A DNA stretch of 64,000 nucleotides from Octopus sinensis (lineage: Eukaryota), in assembly GCF_006345805.1 (NCBI RefSeq), contig NW_021833228.1:1-64000 (forward strand). Reading direction: 5' to 3'. The position numbers were made by a program, and so were the translations under genes. The stretch's first letter is position 1. Every line of letters begins with the position of its first letter. Under the pieces are notes generated by a model. It had not been told where the DNA came from. It did no database searches and saw only the letters and a list, made by a program, of their open reading frames with translations. Below, piece by piece: positions 10,413-21,994 of this stretch.

Positions 10413-10689
10413 TGTATACTTTATAGACAATAGTCTTTTCTTTAATATAATTTTTTATTATCCATCTGGACTATTCCATTTCTGCACGCTAATTTTATGT
10501 TTAATTTATTCCCATTCATGTAAAACCACTTATTCAAGTTCAAATCATTGATGCAATTTTATACCAATTGCTATTTTTACTTTTGTTATGTTACGATTAT
10601 ATTATACTTTAGTTTGATTTTAATTATTACTTACTACATATAATTCAATTGTTATTATTATTTTTATTGTTAAAGTGAAAGTATCTGAC

Positions 10690-10930
10690 ATAAAATAGAG
10701 AAATGTTTTTGTTTCACTTTTAACACGTAATACTGAAATAGTGGAGAAGATATGATATTGCTATGGGCTCGCTCTAGGCAAGAAGTTGAACATTTGTTTT
10801 GCCCATGAAACTACATGGACCCTAAGTAAGGCATGTGTAAAATTTGAATGAAATTGGTTGTGTAGTTCTCAAGATTTAGGGAAACACACAGACAGACAGA
10901 CACACATTCTCAGTTTTATGTATATAAAGA
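10690..10930 (-). mobile_element. Non-autonomous Helitron-like 5' end remnant (family A)
   Basis: Minus strand TCtttatatacataaaactgagaatg(tgtc)n...aactacacaaccaatttc; same sequence at 17707 and 25896. Confidence 0.6.
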
Positions 10931-11118
10931 TAGATATGTGTATGTATATATATATATATATATATACGGTATAAGCAATTAAGATTCAAGTGAGTTCTGT
11001 TGAATTCACATGAATATGGTACTTAACTTGGATGCACCAGAAATCTATATGGTGTTAACCATACGACAAAGTGGGGTGATTACAAATAGGAAAAAAGCAA
11101 CAAGAATGGATCAATATA

Positions 11119-11203
11119 CCGGTACAATTGTTTCGTACGAAGACATCTTTAATAAGGCTACCAAAATTGCAGTAAATATAGGTGGCTCGTACTCATCAGC
11201 CGA
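11119..11203 (-). ncRNA. Type I hammerhead ribozyme of Penelope-like element copy 1
   Basis: Minus: TCGG-CTGATGA-GTACGA-(46 nt)-TCGTAC-GAAA-CAATTG-TA-CCGG; full core, 6-bp stem II, palindromic stem III, GUA cleavage triplet. Confidence 0.88.
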
Positions 11204-12174
11204 AAAAACATCCGAGATTCCCAAATATCAAAGGGGGTAATGTTACACTCGTGAAACATCATGGAAAGTTCTATTAAAATGAGATTTAGATAACAAATTG
11301 GTTTCTAAAAGTTCAATTAGTATTACACAGTCATATATCAGGTTTTTAAAATTTTTTTTCAAAACCTCTTAGTTTTCCAGAAAGTGAAGATGAAAGTGAG
11401 GGTGTGAGTTTATCTGTATTGAAGAAAGTTTGATTCCTGGAGATCTGATGAGAGGTATCGTACTCACAGAATATGTGTTTGTCCATATGTAGTTCATAGT
11501 AAAGTGTGATTCAAGCTGTGTGAAGATATTTTGGATACATTTGTGCGAAATTTCTGAAAACTGCTGTGTTATAATCCGAGGAAGAAGCGTAGCGACAGTC
11601 TTATAGTGGAGACGAACAGGCTGCTAAAGAAATCTGCAAGAACCACAGAGCTAAAGGAAGAATGTTGAATTTGACCAACTACTGCTAATAATTGCTATAT
11701 AAAGAGGAAATGGGAAGGTGAAAAAGGGGGGGTCAAAGGTTGTTACTATAGGAAAACATCTTAGCGTATTTGGTGCAAAATTCGAACGAAGGTCATTTAA
11801 TTTATTTCTTTATTTATTAATGTTACTATTAATACATTGCCAGGTTATGGGGATACAATAAGAGGTCAGAAGAAAGGAAATAGAGATATTTTTCCTAATG
11901 AAACCGTTATATTATAGGTTTGGGATTAGCAAAATTTGTTATTAGTGTAAAAGAACTAAGAAGTTTAATTAACTAATTTACTATAAGTAGGTTTAAAAAT
12001 TAGAAAGAAATAATTTAAATTATCTACATAGTCTAATAGAATGAAGTTTAAAATCAATTAATTTATATCTATAAGTATCACCTAGTATAGTTAGAGAGAG
12101 AATATAATCATAGCTAATTAGATCGCAGCTGTCTAATTAAATATATAATATAATATGTAAGAGTAATGTTTTAT

Positions 12175-14215
12175 TCAAAGTAATTTTTTATATATACCGT
12201 TACCATTTAAAATATCATTTAAAATATTTAAGAGTCTTAGTCCTAGCGTGGATACAAGAGAACCCAGTTCAATCCTGCTGTTCAATAAAATATCATTTTT
12301 TCTATACATTAGTATTTCAAATGTTTCCATGGAGCAAAGTTGACAACCTACTCTGCTATTTTTATAAGGTATCGCTCTTCTAACTAATTCCCAATTAAGG
12401 TTATATTTGATATTATTGTTTTTTAGTTCCCAGATTTTACTTGAAAGAGTGGTGCTATCAGCTTTATGACGTAATCTGAAAGAGGATAGATGGTTACTAA
12501 GGCGTTTTCTAAAATTTATAGTACATCCTAAATAAGTATATTTGTTATTATCTGTGGTTATGGTGCATTTGTAGATTACGTTATTTAACCCGCATAAACC
12601 AGGCGCCGGGCATTTTGATTTAATTCTGAAGTTACATCTAGGGGGATTATAATTTGATGTGGAATTATTCGGGGATAGAAGTCTCATACTACTGTTACTC
12701 GAAACATTACGAGTATATTTTTCCTAATTTTGGTTACTGCTGTTATCTAAAATAGTGTTATCGTTATTGTAGTTAATGTTATTATCTGAAGTAGTATTAT
12801 CATTTATCGGTATTCTTACACTATCATTTGGTTCTATAACCCTACCTTCATTATTAATATTGTTGGTGTTGTTAGTAATGTTGCCGGTATTAGTTTCTAA
12901 ATGTATAGTGTTATTGTAGATATCATTGTTGTCTCCATTCTCTGTATTTTCATTCTTGGTATTATTCGTATCATTAACATAATTATTCCTATTTGTGTTA
13001 TTATTATTATTAGCAATTCTATAGCTATTGGTTATACTTATTGTATGATATTCATTATTATCATTGCGGCTATTATTACTTTCAGTAATGTTACTACAAT
13101 TTTCATTTGTATTTTTATTGCTATTGTTTAAATTTTTCTTGGCTAATTTTATGTTTTTATTATTGATCTTGGCTATTAAAGAGGACATATTTGGGAGGGT
13201 TGAATAAGAAATTCTGACCGTTTTTTTAGAAATAATTTTATGATATGAGAGGATGGGAAATTCTTTTCTAGAATTGTTTTGAATCTACTCTGAAAGGGAT
13301 GTTTAGCCACATTATGTCTTTCTTATTAAATTTCTTAGAATTAGAGTTGGGGTTGTTTGAATCGTTCTTACTCTCACCAAATTCGTTGTATTTATTAATG
13401 TTCCTATTTGCATGTTTCTTAGTTTTATCAAAGTTTATTTTAACCGTATTACATGTGTTCAGTACAATGTTCTTATTATTATTCTTAATTTCATTAGGAT
13501 ATTTTGTCGCCGTAAATCTACTTCTACTATTATTTCTGGCGTGATCTCTATTGTTGTTTACGTGGCAATTGTTACTTTTTTTATTAGGGATATGTAAGTT
13601 CTCTTTATCAATGTTACTAATTGTATGCTTCTTAATTTTATCTAAAATTATCTTATCAGAGTTATCCATGTTATGGTCTATGCACTTATCCTTGTTCTTA
13701 TTACCATTTCGATTAGATGTCATATTAAATCTACTTCCACGTTTATTTTCGGCGCGATCGTTTTTGTTGTTTACGTGGTTATTGCTACTTAAATTATTAT
13801 GAGTTTGTTAGTTTTCTTTATCAATAAAGGTAATTTTCTGGTTATATCCTGCTCTAGATAACGCCTCATTATAATGCTCTGAGTGTGAGTTAAATATATC
13901 AAAATTTGACGATAATTTGGATATTCTTACGGAAATATTTCTAACTAAAGAATTAATTATATTTGGGGGATGATTAGATAATTTACTTACGTAACTAGTG
14001 ATTTCACCTTCTTTTCTAAATGGGTAATGTAGTTTAGAGTTAAGGTCTAATGTAATATCTAGAAAATTGACTATTTTAGTGCCTGGTTCATAGGTTATGC
14101 TAAGGTTGAAATCTTTAAAGAACCTATTAATTTTCTTTTTGATTCTTTCAAAGTTTGATTTATTATTACTATGGACAACAAACAAAGCACCATCTCTATA
14201 TAAACCACCTTGCAA
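12175..14215 (-). pseudogene. PLE RT + GIY-YIG endonuclease ORF with two long Asn-rich linker blocks
   Basis: ORF pieces 13808-14215, 13268-13723, 12724-13188 and 12175-12687 joined by in-frame TAA (13808-10), frameshift ~13260, in-frame TAG (12724-26); VIYKC...YLGC...RLSNH. Confidence 0.88.
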
Positions 14216-14245
14216 TTCAGGGATCTCATTTTTTATGCATTTTAG

Positions 14246-14251
14246 TATATA

Positions 14252-14293
<42 letters not shown>

Positions 14294-14312
14294 TATATAT
14301 ATATACATATAT
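14246..14312. repeat. (TA)n microsatellite
   Basis: Direct inspection. Confidence 0.95.
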
Positions 14313-14389
14313 ATAAGTGGGGTTTAACTGGGACCCATCATTTGTCGGTTCTTAAGCGAAAGAAAATTATTAAAAAATTTAAATCGAGG

Positions 14390-14820
14390 ATTGGAAGAAT
14401 CGATGGAATGTCGGATAAAATACCTGCACTAATTAAGTGCAGCCTTTTTACGTTCTCGTCAAAATCGCTGACCGCGGTCAGCTTTCGTTTTCATCATCCT
14501 TCTGATGTCGATAAAATAAAGTAGGAGCCAAATACTTGAGTGATTATCCGAATTACAATAAATATGTATACTGATTGTGAAGGCACGAATTCAAGTAGTT
14601 TGGGTGTTGTGGGGTTCGAATCCTAGACCGGCAGTCCGTTGTGTTTTTGAGCAAAAGGCTTCGTTTCACGTTACTACGATCAACACAGTTTTAAATGGGC
14701 AACCCTACCCGTCTAGCCTCAGGGTGGCATCACTCAGAAGCTACAACAATGCGAGGAAGCGCATTGTGACCAGTGATATGTAGCAACATCTGACAGTCTA
14801 GTCGGTACAGTGATTTGTGT
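14390..14820 (+). mobile_element. Degenerate SINE-like repeats (probably two)
   Basis: B-box-like ggggttcgaatcc near 14610; resemblance to recalled octopus SINE bodies (tttcatc...gtcgataaa). Confidence 0.4.
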
Positions 14821-16002
14821 TGATTCTTAAGTTTGGATGAGTTCGTGTGCCGTCGGGAGAAGAGGAATTTGGCATTTCGGAACTGTCCCTTTGTCTCAAA
14901 ACATTTCATCACATGGCTTTGCTAAGTCAATTGATGTGTTTTCCGTTTGACTTAAAACTTTTCCGCGTCTACACAGACACCACACGAAAACAATAGGTGT
15001 CACAGTGATATACCTCTTTTTCTACAGTCGGCCGAAATGAAGAAGTGACAATGCCACCTTCACATTCTCTATTGTCAGCATCGAGCATCGACAATTGGTG
15101 ACAGACCGACGTTATTAGAATACATCAACCACAACGATACAACGATACAACTGGTTACCCACAACGTGATTCGAACACAATTGCTGACCCCCGAGCCACA
15201 GAACTGCAGTCTTCGTTACCTTATCCATTACATTTGGTGAGCTCGACTTCAAAGACTTACTGCTTTAGCATCGCATGAACTCTTGAAAACAATTACAGTC
15301 CGTGCCAGTCGCATCAACAAGAATTATAGGACACGAACTTTCACGACGCATAGTTTTCAGTTCCATCGTCACACGCCCAACACAACACGAAAGGAATGAA
15401 GTCACCGACTCAATGGACACACACCAATTACATTCCACATGTACTGCATCCCGATGCACAGATCCACAAGGGAAACAGTTGCCATACATAAATGCAACAC
15501 TTAGGACAGCTACCCAACCAAGAGAACTAACCTTTTCTCACTTTTCAGCATAGACTTTTCACACAGGACATTACCAATCGGATTTTGTCACTTTTCGTTA
15601 CACATTTTGTACTGTTCGTTCCTTTTGCTGCACAACACAATGTTTACACATGCATATATATGCATGCTTGCACCCAGTTCCTGTGCACATCTATAGACTA
15701 TTAACTTTTTTTTCCCTTTGAATGCAACTCTTTTCTCATGAGAAGAATATCTCCTCCTCATTTTATAACTCTCCCGTCTTTTTCTTACCATTTCACCATC
15801 GTCACATCAACAGAGACATTAAGGCTGCACAGTAGCAGTCGACAAGGCATGTATAACGATTAAAAAAAAAATTTTGTCTATATCTTCGATCACTGTCATT
15901 ATTCCATTGAGTCAACCTCATTATTTTCTACATAGCAGACCGTTACAGGCAAAGGTAATCTTTCGTTTTAACTCGAAATAATGTAAACACTGAATCGGCC
16001 AT

Positions 16003-16140
16003 ACATACATACATACACACACACACATACATACACACACACATACATACACACACACACACATACATACACATACATACATAGATACATACACACACAC
16101 ACACATACATACACACACACACACATACATGCATACACAT
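16003..16140. repeat. (CA)n/(TACA)n microsatellite
   Basis: Direct inspection. Confidence 0.95.
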
Positions 16141-16479
16141 GCACGCACTACAAAAACCGAGTAAAAAATTTCAGTTATCTCTTTCTTTCACACATTACTC
16201 TGTCTCTTCACACACACTAACAGAAGCACTTCACTTACACAACATACTTTCTGTCTCCCACACCCCATCAAACACACACACACACGCACACACACACATG
16301 TACATCAATGCTCCCATGCACGGTAACTTCAAAAGAACTTCCCTCGTCATACAATCGCTTTCTCTTAGTCTCTTTCGCTCTCATTACCTCAAAAGTTCCC
16401 GCAAGCCCATATGTAAAAAAATAAAAGTTTTTTACGGAAATCGACGGAAAAGTATACTAGAACCGTAAGATTTTCCGAC

Positions 16480-17005
16480 ATTTAAATATCGATATTATCC
16501 TTATTTATAAATTTATATAATTCGTCACTATATTCACTGCGGTGTTTATTTTGACCATATCGCACTTACGAGGTGGTTGGCGGGCAATTTAACTGGGCTT
16601 GTACATACGTGCATATATATGTGTGTATGGACGTTCGTATATGTAAGTATAACGTTTGTTCTGTATATATATATTTGTATTTATGTGCCTATCTGATATA
16701 TTCAACTGACGAAGGCAGAGCTTATTTGAAGCAAAGCTAGAAATCCAGGATCTTGAATTATTCAGTAATGTCTTTTTGCCAGTTTATTTTGTCTCTCTGT
16801 CTTATCTCATGGTGCGATATGAACATTTAACGTGGTTTTTAGAGTCAGGGATTTGACTGCTATTTCAGCATGGTGGTATCTCTCAGATACCCTTATTTAT
16901 AGTTGTAAAAAATTATTACCTTTGTATGGTATTTATTCCCATGCTGGCCACTTGATAAGATCGATATTTAAATATCGATATTATCCTTATTTATAAATTT
17001 ATATA
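16480..17005 (+). mobile_element. Small non-coding unit flanked by 40-bp direct repeats and carrying a hammerhead (PLE pLTR/retrozyme-like)
   Basis: atttaaatatcgatattatccttatttataaatttatata at 16480-16519 and 16966-17005; internal hammerhead. Confidence 0.55.
16700..16758 (+). ncRNA. Type I hammerhead ribozyme, slightly degenerate
   Basis: ATTCAA-CTGACGA-A-GGC..GCTT/AAGC..GCT-A-GAAA-TCCAGGA-TC-TTGAAT; perfect 6-bp stem I; extra A before GAAA. Confidence 0.65.
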
Positions 17006-17293
17006 TAGATATATATATACACACACACATACAAAGATAAATTGATAGATACAACTGAGTGGGCAAAAAAAGAAAGTATGAGACAGCCTAGTACTTTTTT
17101 TATGCTGATAAGCCTGGTACTTATTCTATTAGTTTGTTCTTGTGAAACCAGTAAGTTATGGGGATGTAAATAAATGAACAGTTATGAAGCAGTGATGAGG
17201 GAGAAACACAGAGACAAAGACACAAACATACACTTACATATATACATACATATATATACGATTGATTTGCTTCAGTTCCTGTCTACGAAATCC

Positions 17294-17295
<2 letters not shown>
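17000..17295 (-). repeat. Locally duplicated block (SINE 3' half + unique flank); inverted copy
   Basis: Reverse complement of 21623-21925; also related to 18546-18800; shares non-SINE flank cccactcagttgtatctatcaatttatctttg. Confidence 0.85.
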
Positions 17296-17357
<62 letters not shown>

Positions 17358-17422
17358 AATATATATATATTTATATATATATATATTTATATATATATAT
17401 ATATTTATATATTATATATATT

Positions 17423-17453
<31 letters not shown>

Positions 17454-17483
17454 ATATATATTTAAATGTATATATATATATAA

Positions 17484-17540
<57 letters not shown>

Positions 17541-18005
17541 TGTGTACATATACATCTATATGTATGGAAATACATCTATATATATACAGCTATACATATA
17601 CATGTATACGTATACATCTATATATATATATTTATATATATATATATATATACATCTATATATATATTTATATATATATACATCTATATGTATACATATA
17701 TATATATCTATATATACAAAACTGAGAATGTGTGTCTGTCTGTCGTTGTGAATTCCTTAAACCTTGAGAACTACACAACCAATTTCATTCAAATTTTAGA
17801 CATGCCTTACTTAGAGTGCCATGGGCAAAAAAAAATGTTTAACTTTTTGCCTAGGACGAACCCACAGTAATATCATATCTTCTCCACTATTTCCGTATTA
17901 CGTGTTAAAAGTGAAACAAAACATCTCTCTATTGTATGTATATGGATGTATATATATATGAATATATATATATATATATAATATATATATATTATATATA
18001 TAATA

Positions 18006-18047
<42 letters not shown>

Positions 18048-18050
18048 AAT

Positions 18051-18134
<84 letters not shown>

Positions 18135-18405
18135 TATATGGATATATATATATATATATACATGCATATATATAGCTGTATTTGTATACATGTATATGTA
18201 TACATGTATGTCTAGATGTATATATATATACATATATAGATGTACATGTAATATGTACACATATATATATACACATATATACATGCACTAGCACTATGAC
18301 CTGGCAACGATGAGTCATAATGCTAGTATACATATAGATGTACATGTAATATGTACACATATATATGCACATATATACACCCATACACACACACACACAC
18401 ACACC
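17294..18405. repeat. Long degenerate (TA)n tracts interrupted by a Helitron-like remnant
   Basis: Direct inspection. Confidence 0.9.
17707..17935 (+). mobile_element. Helitron-like 5' end remnant (family A)
   Basis: A|TCtatatatacaaaactgagaatgtgtgtctgtctg; matches 10690-10930 and 25896-26095. Confidence 0.6.
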
Positions 18406-18408
18406 ATA

Positions 18409-18800
18409 CATAGGTGCAGGTGTGGCTGTGTGCTAACAAATTTGGTTCCAAAACACATGGTCCTCAGCTCAGTCCCACTGAGTGGTAACTTGGCATGTGT
18501 CTTCTGCTATAGCCTGAAACCAACCAAAGCCTTGCCAGGGAATTTTGTAGACAGAACTGAAACAAATTAATCGTATATATATGTATGTATATATGTAAGT
18601 CTATGTGTGTGTCTTTGTGTTTCTCCCTCATCACTGCCTCACAACTGGTGTTCGTTATTTACTTCCCGTAACTTACTTGTTTCACAAGAAGAAGCTGATA
18701 GAGTAAGTACCAGGCTTATCAAAATAAAAAAAGCACTAGGCAGTGTCTCATATTTTTGTTTGCCCACTCAGTTGTATCTATCAATTTATCTTTGTGTGTG
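18409..18800 (+). mobile_element. tRNA-derived octopus-type SINE (diverged) plus duplicated flank
   Basis: gtggctgtgtg...ggtcctcagctcagtcccactg head; aligns with the SINE at 21995. Confidence 0.7.
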
Positions 18801-18931
18801 TGTGTGTGTGTGTGGTGTGTGTGTGTGTGTGTGGTATATATATATATATATATATAATATATATATATATATGGATTTCGTAGACAGGAACTGAAACAAA
18901 TTAATCGTATATATATGTATGTATATATATG

Positions 18932-21624
18932 TGTTTTGGTATTGGCAACATGAATGACAATAGTCAGAGACTACTTGAATTTTGCACATACCATAACCTG
19001 TGCATCACTAACACATTCTTTGCCAACAAGACATCCCACAAGGCATCTTGGAGACGTCCAAGATCTCACCACTGGCATCAGCTGGATCTCATCATTACAC
19101 GAAGATCCTTTCTGAATTCTGTTCAACTGACCCGTAGTTACCACAGTGCGGATTGTGACACAGATCATTCACTAATAAGAAGCATGGTGAGGATTCTGCC
19201 TAAAAAAGTCCATCACTCCAAGAAAATGGGCCGACCACGCATTAATGCTGCCAGAACCTCGGACCCTACACTGCGACAATGCTTTGCTGTTTCTATCAAG
19301 GTTGCCCTCAGTAGCTGCCCAACCTCCTCTGCTGAAAGTAGGTGGAATTATATCAGGGAAGCTTTGTATACCATATCAATAGACACTTTTGGCATGAGAG
19401 AAAGGCAAAACCCAGATTGGTTCAGTGCTGGAACCAGTTATCGAAGCAAAGCGTGCAGCTCTGATGCAATACAAGAGTGATTCTTCTACAAAGTCACTCG
19501 AAGAACTCAGAAAGGCAAGAAATAAACCACAACTGACTGCCAGATGCTGTGCAAATAAGTATTGGCAGGAAATCTGTCAGAGTATCCAGTCAGCTGCTGA
19601 CAGTGGCGACACCCGTGGGATGTATGCCGGTTTGAAGAAGGCCCTCGGTCCATCCGCAACCAAGTCAGCCCCTCTGAAATCAACTACTGGAGATCTCATC
19701 AAGGACCAAAGCAAGCAAATGGATAGATGGGTGAAGTACTACCAGGATCTCTACTCATGGGAGACCACGGTAGCTGAGGCTGCAATCGAGGGTGTCAAGA
19801 TCTTGCCAGTCATATGCGAACTTGACAGTCTGCCATCTATAGCAGAGCTCACCGAGTTTATTGACTCCCTAGCAAGTAATAAGGCTCCAGGAAAAGACAG
19901 CATCCTCTTAGAGATCATCAAAACCGGCAAAAACACCATCCTGCTTCGGCACCTTCATGAGCTTCTGTGTTAGTGCTGGGAAGAGTGTACAGTCCCTTAG
20001 GATATGCGGGATGCTAACATTACGCTTTACAAAAACAAAGGTGACCATGGTGATTCTAACAATTACCGTGGAATATCTCTTCTAAGCACTGTTGGAAAGG
20101 CCTTTGCTCGCATTATCCTGTCCAGGCTACAACTGCTTGCTTCTCGAATTTATCCAGAATCGCAGTGTGGCTTTAGAAGAAGCAGATCAACTATTGACAT
20201 GATATTCTCCATACGCCAATTTCAGGAGAAGTCCAGAGAGCAGAAAATGCCATTATATATGGCCTTCATTGATCTGACAAAGGCCTTTGACTTGGTAAGT
20301 AGAAAAGGCCTCTTCATCCTGCTCCAAAAAATCGGATGTCCACCAAAGCTGCTGAGGATCATCAAATCATTCCATGATGATATGCAAGGCACCATACAGC
20401 ACAATGGTTCAACATCAGCCGCCTTCCAAATAAAAAATGGGGTACAGCAAGGTTGTGTCCTTGTTCCTACATTATTTGGCATCTTCTTCTCGCTGCTGCT
20501 CTCACATGCCTTTGAGATATCAGATGATGGAGTGTTTCTGCACAGTAGAAGTGACGGGAAACTGTTCAATCTCTCGTGTCTGCGTGCCAAGACAAAAATC
20601 AGAAGCGTCCTGTCAAGGAGATGCTATTTGCTAATGATGACGCTCTGGTATCACACATAGAAGCCCTACAAAGGCTCATCAACTGTTTTGAGCAAGCATG
20701 TGGCAACTTTGGCTTAGTTATCAGCCTCAAGAATACAAAAATCATGGGTCAGGCTACATCGGACATCCCAAACATACACATTGGAGACCACAGACTACAG
20801 GAGGTGGAGAAGTTTACCTATCTTTGGCTCTACCATCACCTACAACCTGTCCCTTGATGCTGAGCTCAAAATACGCATTGGCAAGGCAGCTGCTGTGATG
20901 GCCCAACTCTCCAAACGGGCTTGGGACAACAATAAGCTGACCAAGACCACAAAAATGAGGATTTACCAGGCATGTGTACTCAGCACTCTACTGTATGGAA
21001 GTGAGACCTGGACGCTATACACACGCCAAGAGCGTCGCCTAAACATCTTCCACCAGCGCTGCCTCCGGAAAATCCTCCGCATCAAATGGCAGAATCATGT
21101 CCCCAACAAAGATGTCCTCAAGCAAGCAGGAATACCAAGCATGTTTGCACTCCACACACAAAGACGTGTGAGATGGCTTGGACATGTTAGCCGTATGGAA
21201 GATGGCAGAATCCCCAAGGACATACTCAACGGAGAGCTTGCTAGGGGCACTAGGTCTTACAATACAAGGATGTTTGCAAAAGGGACATGAATGCCTGCAA
21301 CATCAATATTACCAACTGGGAAGCAGTTGCCAGCAACCGTGGAGATTGGCAACGTACCGTAAAAGAGGGAACACGAAGGAGTAACATAGAGAGAGAGGAG
21401 AAATGGAAAGACAAGAAAAGACGTCAACAAGAAACTATGACACTACAACCAGCCAGAAACAGTCTTCGCTACATTTGCGGTACCTGCCAGAGGGAGTGTT
21501 TGTCCAGGATAGGACTACACAGCCACAGCAGGAAATGTATCAGGACATGAAATGTAAAAGCTGGACTAGACTACTTTATGCGCAACTCCATTGTCTCCCG
21601 AGACAAAAAGGATGCCAACAACAA
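18932..21624 (+). mobile_element. RTE (BovB-like) LINE, 5'-truncated, disrupted ORF, (CAA)n tail
   Basis: HWHQLDLI...DTDH APE end; YRGISLL, FIDLTKAFD, QGCVL, FANDD; C-terminal CGTCQRECLSRIGLHSH; tail caacaacaa. Confidence 0.9.
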
Positions 21625-21925
21625 TATATATGGATTTCGTAGACAGGAACTGAAGCAAATCAATCGTATATATATGTATGTATGTATATATGTAAGTCTA
21701 TGTGTGTGTCTTTGCGTTTCTCCTCTCATCACTGCTTCACAATTGCAGTTCATTTATTTACATCCACATAACTTACTGGTTTCACAAGAACAAATTAATA
21801 GAATAAGTACCAGGCTTATCAGCATCGATAAGCACTAGGCTGTGTTTTATATTTTTGCTTGCCCACTCAGTTGTATCTATCAATTTATCTTTGTATGTGT
21901 GTGTGTATATATATATCTATATCTA
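21623..21925 (+). repeat. Locally duplicated block (SINE 3' half + flank)
   Basis: Inverted partner of 17000-17295. Confidence 0.85.
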
Positions 21926-21943
21926 TCTATCTATCTATCTATC

Positions 21944-21981
<38 letters not shown>

Positions 21982-21994
21982 ATAATATATATAT

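Larger units (their letters stand above)
10967..14245 (-). mobile_element. Penelope-like element (Naiad-type motifs), 5'-truncated, flanked by (TA)n on both sides
   Basis: PLE RT C-terminal half (YRDG for YRDD, VNFLDITLDL, SNHPP), WLNIPF, SYSTLPNM, Cys linker, GIY-YIG, CQLCSME; 1.2-kb trailer with hammerhead. Confidence 0.88.

Noticed and set aside
11010-11240. 76-aa ORF MNMVLNLDAPEI...
   Set aside because: Antisense to the PLE trailer and hammerhead; not preserved in the homologous copy 2 region.
11445-11470. Additional CTGATGA hits (11445 +, 5614 +, 6642 -)
   Set aside because: No stem II followed by GAAA and no matching stem I, so not hammerheads.
12175-14215. Selenocysteine recoding in the Naiad-type ORFs
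   Set aside because: The in-frame stops here are TAA and TAG, not TGA, and the Cys motifs of both copies use ordinary Cys codons; no SECIS was recognised.
15265-15553. Small ORFs of 74 and 83 aa in the repeat-poor island
   Set aside because: No recognisable domain and no supporting start context; length compatible with chance.
17174-18411. Long YIYI/VCVC ORFs (also at 25613-25951 and 48095-48752)
   Set aside because: Translations of (TA)n/(TG)n microsatellites, which lack stops in some frames.
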